Positions 1 through 9,303 of a stretch of 64,000 nucleotides of DNA are shown in pieces (the stretch's first letter is position 1; each line of letters begins with the position of its first letter). The stretch is from an uncultured Candidatus Rokubacteria bacterium (GTDB lineage: Bacteria; Methylomirabilota; Methylomirabilia; Rokubacteriales; CSP1-6): assembly GCA_963762145.1 (NCBI GenBank), contig CAVXJS010000011.1, positions 832,001 through 896,000 on the forward strand, in the 5' to 3' direction. The notes beneath the pieces are model-generated. The model made no database searches, was not told where the DNA came from, and saw nothing but the letters and a program-made list of their open reading frames with translations. The position numbers were made by a program, and so were the translations under genes.

Positions 1-671
1 ATCGTGCGAATGGTGTGGCGCCGGGAGCGCCCGGTGGAGCACAAGGGCGAGTATTACCAGATCCCGTACGCGGGGCCCGACGCCACCGGGCTCGGCAAGC
101 CGCTCAAGTCCATCCTGCACGGCCGCGCCGACATCCCGATCTATCTCGCCGCGATCGGCCCCCGGAACGTGGCGCTCGCCGCCGAGATCGCGGACGGGCT
201 CCTGCCGGTGTTCTTCTCGCCGGACCGGATGGCGGTGTTCACCCCGAGCCTCGAGGCCGGCTTCAAGGCGGCGGGGGGAGGGAAGTCGCTCGCGACCTTC
301 GACATCGCCCCCACGGTGCCGATCGTGCTGGGTCCCGACGCCGCCGCGTGTCGCGCGATGGTGAAGCCGCGGCTCGCGCTCTACGTGGGCGGCATGGGCG
401 CGCGCGGCAAGAACTTCTACAACGAGCTGGTGACGCGGTACGGCTACGAGGGGGAGGCCAGGCGCGATCCAGGACCTCTACTCTGGGCGGCAAGAAGGAC
501 GAGGCGGCGGCCGCGGTGCCCGACGCGCTGGTGGACGAGGTCGCGCTGTGCGGGCCGAAGGAGCGGATCCGGGAGCGCCTGCCCCGCTGGAAGAGCTCCG
601 GCATCACCACTCTGATCTGCGGCGCGGTGCAGGCGGAAGCGCTCGATCTGATGGCCGAGCTCGTGCTCTAG
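1..671 (+). CDS. LLM-class (probably F420-dependent) oxidoreductase, 3' part; frameshift near 460
   Basis: Luciferase-like motifs [22 protein letters not shown] and [17 protein letters not shown]. The C-terminus ([15 protein letters not shown]...LVL) is in the 15..671 frame. Confidence 0.85.
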   Translation, partial: RANGVAPGAPGGAQGRVLPDPVRGARRHRARQAAQVHPARPRRHPDLSRRDRPPERGARRRDRGRAPAGVLLAGPDGGVHPEPRGRLQGGGGREVARDLRHRPHGADRAGSRRRRVSRDGEAAARALRGRHGRARQELLQRAGDAVRLRGGGQARSRTSTLGGKKDEAAAAVPDALVDEVALCGPKERIRERLPRWKSSGITTLICGAVQAEALDLMAELVL

Positions 672-676
672 GCTCG

Positions 677-1171
677 ATGAAGCCTGCGGTCCAGAAGGTG
701 CAGGCGGCGATGGCGCAGCACGGCCTCGACCGGCAGGTGATCGAGCTCGAGGTCCACGCGCGGACCTCGCAGCAGGCCGCCGACGCGCTCGGCGTCACCG
801 TCGGCCAGATCGTGAAGTCGCTCGTGTTCACCGCGGACGGGCGCCCGCTGCTGGTGGTCGCCTCGGGCGTCAACCGGGTGGACGAGCGGCGGCTCGGCGA
901 GGTGGCGGGCGGCCGCATCCGTCGCGCCGATCCGGACACCGTGAAGCAGGCCACCGGGTACTCCATCGGCGGGGTGCCGCCGATCGGGCTCGCGAGCCCC
1001 CTGGCGGTGTACGTGGACCGCGACCTGCTCGGCTACGAGCTGGTCTACGCGGCGGCAGGGCTGCCGGAGTGCGTGTTCCCGATCGCGCCGGACGAGCTGG
1101 TGCGGGCGACGGGGGGGCAGATCGTGGACATCAAGCAGGCCGGGAGCGATTCGAAAGGAGCGCAGCCATGA
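677..1171 (+). CDS. YbaK/EbsC family aminoacyl-tRNA deacylase
   Basis: Motifs GQIVKSLVF and TGYSIGGVPPIG; ATG at 677. Confidence 0.9.
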   Translation: MKPAVQKVQAAMAQHGLDRQVIELEVHARTSQQAADALGVTVGQIVKSLVFTADGRPLLVVASGVNRVDERRLGEVAGGRIRRADPDTVKQATGYSIGGVPPIGLASPLAVYVDRDLLGYELVYAAAGLPECVFPIAPDELVRATGGQIVDIKQAGSDSKGAQP

Positions 1172-1931
1172 GACTCAAGGACAAGGTGGCCCTGATCACA
1201 GGGGCGGGCTCGGGCATCGGGCAGGCGACGGCGGTCCTCTTCGCGCGAGAGGGCGCGAAGGTCGCGGTGGTGGATCTGCGAGAGGACGCGGCGAAGGCCA
1301 CCGCGGAGCAGATCGAGAAGAGCGGGGGCCAGGCGCTCGCGATCCGGGCCGACGTCTCGAAGTCGGCGGACAACCAGGCGCCGTCGCAGCAGGCGGTGGC
1401 ACGCTGGGGCCGGCTCGACGTCTTCTACGCCAACGCGGGGGTGCCGCAGTTCCCGACGCCGGTGGAGAGACGTGGACGAGGCGGTGTTCGATCAGATCAT
1501 GGCGGTGAACGTGAAGGGCGTGTTCCTGGCCGCCAAGCACGTGATGCCGGTCTTCAAGAAGCAGAAGAGCGGCGTGCTCCTCATCACCGGCTCGACCTCG
1601 GGCCTGCGCCCGCGGCCGGGCGTGCAGTGCTACTCGGCCTCCAAGGGCGCGGTGCACACCATGGCCGCGAGCCTCGCGCTCGAGTTCTCCGCCGTTCGGC
1701 GCGCGGGTGGTCGCGATCGCCCCGGTGGCGACCGAGACGCCGATGCTCGCCACCTTCATGGGCAAGAAGCAGGTGGACGAGGAGGGGATGACCCGCTACC
1801 GCGGCACCGTGCCCCTCGGGCGGCTCAACAAGCCGGAGGATCTGGCCGCCGCCGCCCTCTTCCTCGCCTCCGACGACGCCGCGATGATCACGGGCAGCGT
1901 GTTCCCGGTGGACGGGGGGCGATGCATCTAG
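1168..1931 (+). CDS. SDR family oxidoreductase (FabG-like); frameshifts near 1470 and 1690
   Basis: [12 protein letters not shown], catalytic YSASK and [11 protein letters not shown], spread over three frames. Confidence 0.88.
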
Positions 1932-1936
1932 CTCTA

Positions 1937-1971
1937 CCCTCTCCCCTCTGGGGAGAGGGCAGGGTGAGGGG
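1937..1971. repeat. REP-like palindrome CCCTCTCCCC-TCT-GGGGAGAGGG followed by CAGGGTGAGGGG
   Basis: Perfect 10-bp stem and 3-nt loop just after the SDR stop; resembles a widespread bacterial extragenic palindrome. Confidence 0.75.
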
Positions 1972-2036
1972 CACGAGGTTTCCGTGCGGTCAGGCGTTCC
2001 GACGCGGTGGACCGCTTACTTCTTCAGGCTCTCCAT

Positions 2037-2071
2037 ATGCGGGGGCCCAGAAATGGCCCCCGCACTCCCCC
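2037..2071 (+). repeat. 35-bp palindromic element, intergenic copy
   Basis: ATGCGGGGGCCCAGAAATGGCCCCCGCACTCCCCC has a 10-bp stem and 7-nt loop and is the exact reverse complement of 45821-45855. Confidence 0.9.
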
Positions 2072-2108
2072 AATGGCGGACAACCGTTCCGAATTCGGGG
2101 GCGGGCGC

Positions 2109-3075
2109 ATGATCATCACTCCGCTGGCGGCCGAGTCTCTCGGGGTGCGGTCGATGGCGACGTACGTGGAGTGCGGGACGACGCGGGTGCTGATCGATCC
2201 GGGCGCGATGCTGGCGTCCACCCGCTTCAACCTGCCTCCGGCGGAGGAGGAGTGGGAGGCGCTGCGGCGCGGCCAACGATCGCATCTCGGCGTACGCGGC
2301 GCGGGCCTCCCTGGTCTTCGTGAGCCACTACCACGAGGATCACTTCCGCCACGATCCCGGCTTCTACGCCGGCCGGCCGCTCTGGGCCAAGGATGCCCGG
2401 CGCCACGTCGAGGGCCGGCAGGCCCAGCGGGCGGCCGCGCTCTGGCGCGCGCTCACCGGCCACGCCGAGCCGCTCGCGGCCGAGGGTCGCCGGCTCGAGA
2501 CGGCGGACGCGGTGCTCCAGGCCTCGCCCCCGCTCGGCCACGGCGCCGATGGGACCGCGCTGGGCTACGTGGTGGCGCTGACGATCGAGGACCGGCGCGA
2601 GGGCACGCGCTTCGTCCACGCCTCCGACGTGCAGGGGCCGCTGTCTCCCGTGGCCGCCGCCTATCTGGCCCGCCAGCGCCCCACGCTGCTCTACCTGTCC
2701 GGGCCGCCGGCCTATCTGGAGGCCCAGATCGGCACCGAGGTCATCGACCGGGGCATCGAGCACCTGCTCCGGATCATCGATCAGACCGGCTGCCGCGTGA
2801 TCTTCGATCACTACGCGCTACGCGACGCCGCGTATCCGGAGCGCTTCCGGCGGTTGTGGGAGACCGGGCGCGTGACGACCGCCGCCGGGTACCTCGGCCT
2901 CGCGGACACGCCGCTCGAGGCGCGCCGGCCCGAGCTCTGGCCCGGACGGCGGAAGCCGCCGATGCCGGTGCGGCCCTCGCGGGCCCGTGGGGTGGCCGAG
3001 GCCGGCGGCTCCAAGCCGCCCGCGCGCGCGACGTTCAATCCCCGGCCGAGGCTGCGGCGGGCGAGGGAGGGCTGA
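2109..3075 (+). CDS. Metallo-beta-lactamase-fold hydrolase (UPF0282-like); frameshift near 2270
   Basis: N-terminus MIITPLAAESLGVRSMATYVE..LIDPG, then SHYHEDH, HASDVQGP and IFDHYALRD. Confidence 0.75.
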
Positions 3076-3079
3076 GAGG

Positions 3080-3546
3080 ATGAGCGAGGACAAGGCCCCC
3101 GGTGTCGGCGATCCCGCGCCGGACTTCACGCTGAAGACGATCGGGCTGCGGGACGTCAGCCTCAAGAGCTTCCGGGGCAAGAACGTGGTGCTGCTCTTCT
3201 ATCCGCTCGACTGGACGCCCGGCTGATCGACCTGCATGCCCGCCTTCGATCGGCGCATCAAGCGAGTTCGAGGCGGCGAAGACGCAGGTGCTGGGATCAG
3301 CACGGACAGCCCCTTCAGCCACGAGGACTGGGCGAAGTCGGTCGGCATCTCGAGCTACCCGCTGCTCTCGGACATGCACCGCACGCTGGCCGGGACTACG
3401 GCGTCTACTGGCCGGACTGGAACGCCAACGTCCGGGCGACCTTCGTGATCGACAAGCAGGGCACGATCCGCTCGTCGAGCGCTACGGCAAGAGCGAGCTG
3501 CCCAGATCCCGACAGGATCCTCGCCGAGGTCAAGAAGCTGGCCTAG
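3080..3546 (+). CDS. AhpE-like peroxiredoxin with in-frame UGA (putative selenocysteine) at the peroxidatic position; several indels downstream
   Basis: VGDPAPDFTL..VVLLFYPLDWTPG-TGA(3224-3226)-STCMPAFD, continuing ISTDSPFSH, YPLLSD and RATFVIDKQG to TAG at 3544-3546. Confidence 0.85.
3236..3258 (+). promoter_or_regulatory. Candidate bacterial SECIS stem-loop
   Basis: ATGC-CCG-CCTTCGAT-CGG-C-GCAT hairpin starting about 10 nt after the UGA. Confidence 0.5.
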
Positions 3547-4445
3547 ACGGCGGCGGCTGCCTGCGTGGTGAGGGCGACGCCCAGCAGCACGAGGGCCCCG
3601 CCCACGACCTCCGGCCACTCGACCGCCTCGTGCAGCATCGCCCACGCCAGGACCACGCCCACCACCGGCTGCAGGTTCATGAAGATCGCGGCGCGGCTCG
3701 GGCCCACCGCCTTGACGCCCTCGTACCACCACACGTGGGCGACCGCACCCAGGAACGCCTGGTAGAGCACGACCCCCCACGCGGTCTGCGAGCCCCAGTC
3801 GGGGCGGGGGAAGAAGGGCGCGGCCACCAGGGTCATGGGCAGGAGCATGGCCGAGCCGAGGATGTAGGAGGCGGTGGTGGCCACCGCGGGAGAGTGCACC
3901 GCGAGCACCGACTTGCCGTAGATCGTGTAGGCGCTCCAGCCGGCCTGCGAGATGATCAGGATGAAGTCGCCGGGCAGCAGCTCGAGATGGACGATCGCCC
4001 GCCAGCTCCCGCGCGTGATGACGAGCAGGACTCCCGCCATCGACGCCGCCACGCCCGCCCACTGGCGCCGCCGCAGCCGCTCCTTCAGGTAGAACCGGGC
4101 CCCGAGGGCCACCATCACCGGGGTGGCGGCCTGCAGGATGGCGGCGTTGGCCGCGGTGCTGAGCGCGATGCCGAGGTAGGTCCCGCCGGTGGAGACGAAG
4201 AGCCCGGTGAAGCCGAGGAACGCGAAGGTGCGGAGGTCGGCCGAGCGCAGCTCGCGAAACTCCTCCCAGCCGCGCCGGAAGAGCAGCACCGCGAGGAACG
4301 CGGAAGCCAGCGTGCAGCGCAGCGAGACCAGCACGTAGGGCGGGAAGTGGGCGAGGGCGAGCTTGGCGAACGCGGGATAGGAGCCCCAGAGCCCGGAGAT
4401 CAGGGTGAGCGCGACGTAGGCCCGCGTTTGACCGGGGTCGGGCAC
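3543..4445 (-). CDS. DMT/EamA family transporter
   Basis: About 300 aa with about 10 TM segments; LWGSYP, ARFYLKERL, VGPSRAAIFMNLQPVVG; GTG start at 4445. Confidence 0.9.
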   Translation of the reverse strand: MPDPGQTRAYVALTLISGLWGSYPAFAKLALAHFPPYVLVSLRCTLASAFLAVLLFRRGWEEFRELRSADLRTFAFLGFTGLFVSTGGTYLGIALSTAANAAILQAATPVMVALGARFYLKERLRRRQWAGVAASMAGVLLVITRGSWRAIVHLELLPGDFILIISQAGWSAYTIYGKSVLAVHSPAVATTASYILGSAMLLPMTLVAAPFFPRPDWGSQTAWGVVLYQAFLGAVAHVWWYEGVKAVGPSRAAIFMNLQPVVGVVLAWAMLHEAVEWPEVVGGALVLLGVALTTQAAAAV

Positions 4446-4468
4446 CCGCCTATCATAACGCGGCGCCC

Positions 4469-4950
4469 ATGGCGGACTACATTCTCGAGCGCCGCGTGTG
4501 GCTTCCCCGTCCGCGTCCCGAGGTGTTCGAGTTCTTCGCGGACCCGCGCAACCTCGAGCGGGTCCATCCCGCGTGGGCCCGCGCCCGCTGGCTGCGCCGC
4601 CGCCGGCCGTGCTGACCGCGGGCGCGGTGCTCGACTTCGCGTGCGCGCGTGGCTGGCCGGGACGCTGGCGCGTCATCGTCCGGGAGTTCGACCCGCCCTA
4701 CCGGTTCGTGGACGTGCAGGTCGCCGGGCCCTTCGCGCGGTGGGAGCACCTGCCACCGGTTCGCGGAAGGCGGAGAGGGCGACGCGGCGGCACGTGGGTC
4801 GAGGGATCGCGTGGCCTACGCCGCCGCGGGGCCGGTCGGCACGGGCTCGTCGACACGTGACCTCGGCGCGGGCGTTCGCGTGCGGGCGCTCTTCGGGCAC
4901 GCCGCGATCGCGGGCCCGCGATCGTCGGCGGTCTCCGACTACGAGCGGAG
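4469..4950 (+). CDS. SRPBCC family protein; heavily frameshifted, end uncertain
   Basis: MADYILERRVWLPRPRPEVFEFFADPRNLERVHP ... EFDPPYRFVDVQVAGPFARWEH. Confidence 0.65.
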
Positions 4951-5052
4951 ACTCGACGCTCCTGTCCGCCTCCGAGCGCGGGCTCCGCCGGCGCTGCTGC
5001 TGGGCGGCCGCGGGCGGCTCGGCATGCGGGGGCGTGAGCGCCCTCCGGCTGA

Positions 5053-6063
5053 TCAGGCGACCGCGGGCAGCTCGATACCGAGGGCGGAGAGGCGCGGGCG
5101 CACCCGCTCGGTCAGGAGGCCCGATCCGCGCGAGGTTGTTCACCATCGAGGCGTGCATGTCCCGCTTGAAGTACTTCCGGAACACCGCGTAGTCGTTGCG
5201 GGCGGCCACGTCGCGGCGGTAGATCTTCACCTCGTCGATCTGGGCCGCGCGAGAAGCCGATGTCGCGGTAGGCCTCGATCGGGAAGAAGCCGGTGAGCAC
5301 CTTCTCGAGCGCGAGGCAGGTGAAGTCCTCCATCTCCTGGCGCTCCGCGTCGCTCGCCTCGCGGACGATGTCGGGCAGGGCCAGCATGCCGAAGCCCATG
5401 TGGCGGGACTCGTCCTGCAGGATGCGCGTGCACACCTGGCGGAGGAGCGGGTCCGTGGCGCGCCTCGCCCATCATCTTGAAGATGGCGACCGCGAACGTC
5501 TCGGCCACGAGCTGGAGCGCGATGGTCTTGATGTACCAGCGCTTGTCGGTGAGGATCGCGTCGAAGAGGACGCGCTCGTTCTCGGGCATCGGGTAGTGGA
5601 GGCCCCCGAGGCGCGTCTGGATGTAGCGCTCCAGGACCTCGTTGTGCCGCGCCTCGTCCATGACCTGGGTGGCCTGGAAGAACTTCTCGTCGGTGCCCTG
5701 GACGATGTCGACCATCTGGCTGCACGCCAGCATCGCGCCCTGCTCGCCGTAGACCAGCACCGAGAGCCGCCACGCCGCGATACGCCGGTTCAGCTCGACC
5801 CGGTCGCGCTCGGAGAGGCTGGCCCAGATCGGGCTGCCGTGGATGTCCACGAGCTCGTCGGAGAGCACGCGGCCGTCGGAGGGCTCGGCCGTGTCCCAGG
5901 CGATATCCCGGCTGGCGTTCCACTGGTCGCGCTTGGCCTTCTCGTAGAGGCTGCGCATGTCCTCGGCCTGGACCGAGTAGTCGAACTCGAAGACGGTCTC
6001 GATGGTGCCGGGAATCACGCGGCGCTCCATCTTGGGGTCCGCCACCGGAATATGCTCAGCCAT
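5053..6063 (-). CDS. Ferritin-like diiron protein (AurF-like fold); several frameshifts
   Basis: LYEKAKRDQW, GEQGAM and two ExxH motifs (DEARH, DESRH). Reconstructed C-terminus GLLTERVRPRLSALGIELPAVA-stop. Confidence 0.8.
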
Positions 6064-6177
6064 CGCGACCTCCTCGAGCACCGGGCGTGAACACCGGGCT
6101 GGAAAACCGGAGAGTACCGTTTCTAGACTCATCAGTTTTATCACGGAGGTCGCGGCGCGGTCAAGTAGACTGGGCCG

Positions 6178-6844
6178 GTGAACGCCAGGCGCAAGGCGAC
6201 CCGGGACCAGATCCTCCGCGCCGCCGCCGACCTCTTCCGGGAACGCGGCTACCAGGCCTCCACGGTGGAGCATATCGCGGCGCGCCTCGGGATGTCCAAG
6301 GCGTCGCTCTACATCCACTTCCGGGCCAAGGAGGAGATGCTCGCCGCCATCTCGCGGGAGACCATCGAGGCCTTCACCCGCGACCTCAACCTGGTGCTGA
6401 GCTCCGGGCTGGATCCGGCCGGGAGAAGCTGCGCCGGGTGGTGCGCGCAGCACGTGCGCTTCGTCATCGCCAACCGGTCCTTCCTCACCGTGTTCTTCGG
6501 CGAGGAGGCGAACCTGCCCCCGCGCTTCGTGAGGGCCCTCGCGGCCCAGAAGGACCGTTACGACAAGGGAGTCGAGCGCATCGTGCTGGACGGGGTGCGC
6601 GCCGGCGTCTTCCGGGACGTGCCGCCGCGGCTGGTGGTCTTCGGCGCTGCTCGGCATGCTGAACTGGGTCCACAAGTGGTACAACCCGACCGGCCGGTGG
6701 GGCGCCGAGGAGATCTCGACCGCCTTTCTCTCCCTGCTCGAGGGCGGCCTCCTGCGCCAGAAGCGCCGCGGCGCCGCGCTGAGCGGGCGGCTGCGGCGTC
6801 TCGAGCGCGAGCTGCACGATGTCGCCCGCCAGCTCGACGCCTGA
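6178..6844 (+). CDS. TetR/AcrR family regulator (KstR2-like C-terminal domain); frameshifts near 6420 and 6650
   Basis: HTH ILRAAADLFRERGYQASTVEHIAARLGMSKASLYIHF; C-terminal MLNWVHKWYNPTG. Confidence 0.88.
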
Positions 6845-7705
6845 TCTCCTGGGCGCCCACATGTCCATCGCGGGCGGCCTCGACCGCGCGCTGGAGCGGG
6901 GTCTGGAGGTCGGCTGCTCGGTGGTGCAGATCTTCCTGAAGAACCAGCGCCAGTGGGCGGCGCGACCCTACGCCGACAGCGAGGTCCGCGAGTTTCGCGC
7001 CGCCTGGAAGGCGTCGGGAATTCGCGTGGTCTTCGCCCACGCCAACTACCTGATCAACCTGGCGACGCCGATCGCGGCGGAGTGGCGCCGCGCGGTGGAC
7101 ACCTTTCACGACGAGCTGGAGCGGGCGGAGGCGCTCGGCCTGCCGTTCGTGGTGATCCATCCCGGCTCCCATCGCGAGAGCGGACTGGACGAGGGCATCC
7201 GGCGGGTGGCGCGCGCGGTCGACGTGCTGCACGCGCGGACGCGCGGCTACCGCGTGCGGGTGGTCCTGGAGAACACCGCGGGCGGCGGCTCCACCATCGG
7301 CCGATCCTTCGAGGAGCTGGCCGCCATCGTGGCCGCGGTGGGCGAGCCCGCTCGTGTGGGCATCTGCCTCGACACCTGCCATCTCTACGCGGCGGGCTAC
7401 GACATCCGCACCGCGGAGGGCTACCGGAGCGCGATGGCGCGCTGCGCGCGGCTGCTCGGAACGCGGCGGGTGCGCGCGTTTCACCTCAACGATGCCCGCC
7501 AGCCGCTCGGCTCCGGCCTGGACCGCCACGAGAAGATCGGCCGCGGGCACCTGGGGGTGGGAGACCTTTCGCCGCCTGATGAACGACCGACGCTTCGCGA
7601 GGGTGCCGATGGCGCTCGAGACGCCGAAGGACCCGGAGCCGCGCGCGGACCGCGACGCCCTAGCCCTCCTCCGCCGCCTCGCGCGCGCCGGCGATGGGCG
7701 CTTAG
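6819..7705 (+). CDS. nfo: Endonuclease IV; frameshift near 7560, exact end uncertain
   Basis: LLGAHMSIAGG, HANYLINLA, HPGSH, LENTAG, DTCH, HLND, DRHEKIGRG and LETPK. Confidence 0.92.
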
Positions 7706-8361
7706 CGCGCGGAGGGTACGCAGTGAGCGACGCCCTTCCGTGGGCAGCTGGCGCGGATCGGGCACTGCGAGCAGCGGGGGGAAACCGGCAGGCAGACGTT
7801 CTGACCGAAGGTCACGAGCAGGTCGTTGTAGCCGATCCAGTAGCGCCGGGGGAGGGTACGGCGGAGCGCCATCTCGGTCTCCTCCGGGGTGCGCGTCTTG
7901 ACGTAGCCCCAGCGGTTCGAGATCCGGTGCACGTGCACGTCCACGCAGATGCCGGGCTTGTTGAAGCCCTGGGTCACCACCAGGTTCGCGGTCTTGCGGC
8001 CCACCCCCTTGAGCGTGAGCAGCGCGTCGATGTCGTCGGGCACGACGCCCCCGAAGCGCGCGAGCAGATCGCGGCTGATCTCGCGGAGCACCCGCGCCTT
8101 CGTCCGGTAGAAGCCGACCGGGTAGATCGCCCGCTCGATCGCGCGCGGAGTGAGGCGGCGGATGCCCTCGGGCGTGTCGGCCAGCGCGAAGAGCCGCGCC
8201 GCCGCCGGTCCGGTGGTCTGGTCCTTGGTACGGAGCGAGAGCAAGCAGGCGACGAGCACCCGGAACGGGTCGTGCCACTGCGCCGCCACCTCGGCCAGGG
8301 CGGTGACCCGCCATCCGGGCACCTCACGCCGCAGCCGCCGGATGGTGTGGCCGATGCTCAT
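7702..8361 (-). CDS. nth: Endonuclease III (HhH-GPD, 4Fe-4S)
   Basis: LLSLRTKD, LKGVGRKTAN, VDVHVHRISNR and C-x6-C-x2-C-x5-C. Confidence 0.93.
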   Translation of the reverse strand: MSIGHTIRRLRREVPGWRVTALAEVAAQWHDPFRVLVACLLSLRTKDQTTGPAAARLFALADTPEGIRRLTPRAIERAIYPVGFYRTKARVLREISRDLLARFGGVVPDDIDALLTLKGVGRKTANLVVTQGFNKPGICVDVHVHRISNRWGYVKTRTPEETEMALRRTLPRRYWIGYNDLLVTFGQNVCLPVSPRCSQCPIRASCPRKGVAHCVPSAR

Positions 8362-8386
8362 GAGCGGGCCGCGCGCATCGCGCCCG

Positions 8387-8459
8387 ATGCTAGAGGCCAC
8401 GCGCGCGCCTGTCAACCGAGCGCGTGCGTCTTGCGATGCGGCCGGGCCGCCGGTATGGT
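8387..8459. promoter_or_regulatory. Divergent sigma70-type promoters for nth and the DUF4149-like gene
   Basis: Minus strand: TTGACA(8415-8410)-17-TAGCAT(8392-8387). Plus strand: TTGCGA(8431)-17-TATGGT(8454). Confidence 0.65.
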
Positions 8460-8467
8460 AGGGCGCG

Positions 8468-8929
8468 ATGAGAATGCTGCCCGCCGCCGCGATCCTGGTC
8501 TGGCTCGGCATCATGGCGTTCTTCGCCGGGGTGGTGGCGCCCGCCGCTTTTTCCACCCTCGATCGTGAAGCGGCGGGCCGCTTCGTGAGCGCGGTGTTCC
8601 CCCGCTACTACGCGGTGGGCGCGGCGCTGGGCGCGGTCGCGCTCGCCGGCCTCGGCCTCCGGCTCGCGCTCGGCCCCCGCCGCCCCTGGGACGGGCTGCC
8701 GCTCCTGCTGGTCGCGGTCATGCTGGCCACCACGCTCTACGCCTGGCTCGTCGTGCTGCCCGCCGCGCACGCGGCCCGGGAGGCGCTGCGCCCGGGCCCG
8801 GCTGTCCCCGGCGCGGTCTCCACCGAGGCTCTGGCCTTCGCGCGCCTGCACCGCCTCTCGGGCCTGCTGAACGGCGCGGTGATGCTCGCGGGCGTCCTGA
8901 CGCTCGCCGCGGTGGGGCTCAGGCGATGA
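8468..8929 (+). CDS. DUF4149-like four-TM membrane protein
   Basis: VVAPAAFSTLDREAAGRFVSAVFPRYY and FARLHRLSGLLN. Confidence 0.75.
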   Translation: MRMLPAAAILVWLGIMAFFAGVVAPAAFSTLDREAAGRFVSAVFPRYYAVGAALGAVALAGLGLRLALGPRRPWDGLPLLLVAVMLATTLYAWLVVLPAAHAAREALRPGPAVPGAVSTEALAFARLHRLSGLLNGAVMLAGVLTLAAVGLRR

Positions 8930-9303
8930 GCCGCGCGTTCGAGCCGCTGGGCTTCGATCACGTGGTGCTCCACGTGCGGGACCAGGCCGCCTCGGAGCGC
9001 TTCTACGTGGACCTGCTCGGGTGCACGCTCGACCACGTGAACAAGCCGATCTCGCTCGTGCAGCTCCGGTTCGGCGAGCACCTGATCGACCTGCTGCCCG
9101 GCGAGCGCGCGGAGGGCGGCGGCCTGGACCACTTCTGCCTCTCGATCCGCTGCGGCGACCTCGGGCGCGTCCGCGACGAGCTCCGCGCGCGCGGGGTGAC
9201 GGTGGACGGTGACGTGGTGCAGCGGCGCGGCGCGTTCGGGTCCGGGCCCTCGCTCTACATCCAGGACCCGGACGGCTACCGGATCGAGCTCAAGCCCCGC
9301 TGA
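8926..9303 (+). CDS. VOC/glyoxalase family protein
   Basis: DHVVLHVRD..FYVDLLG, LDHFCL and SLYIQDPDGYRIELK. Confidence 0.88.
   Translation: MSRAFEPLGFDHVVLHVRDQAASERFYVDLLGCTLDHVNKPISLVQLRFGEHLIDLLPGERAEGGGLDHFCLSIRCGDLGRVRDELRARGVTVDGDVVQRRGAFGSGPSLYIQDPDGYRIELKPR

Noticed and set aside
4800-5050. Possible extra gene or RNA between the SRPBCC and diiron genes
   Set aside because: The sequence looks locally garbled and has no coherent frame or motif.
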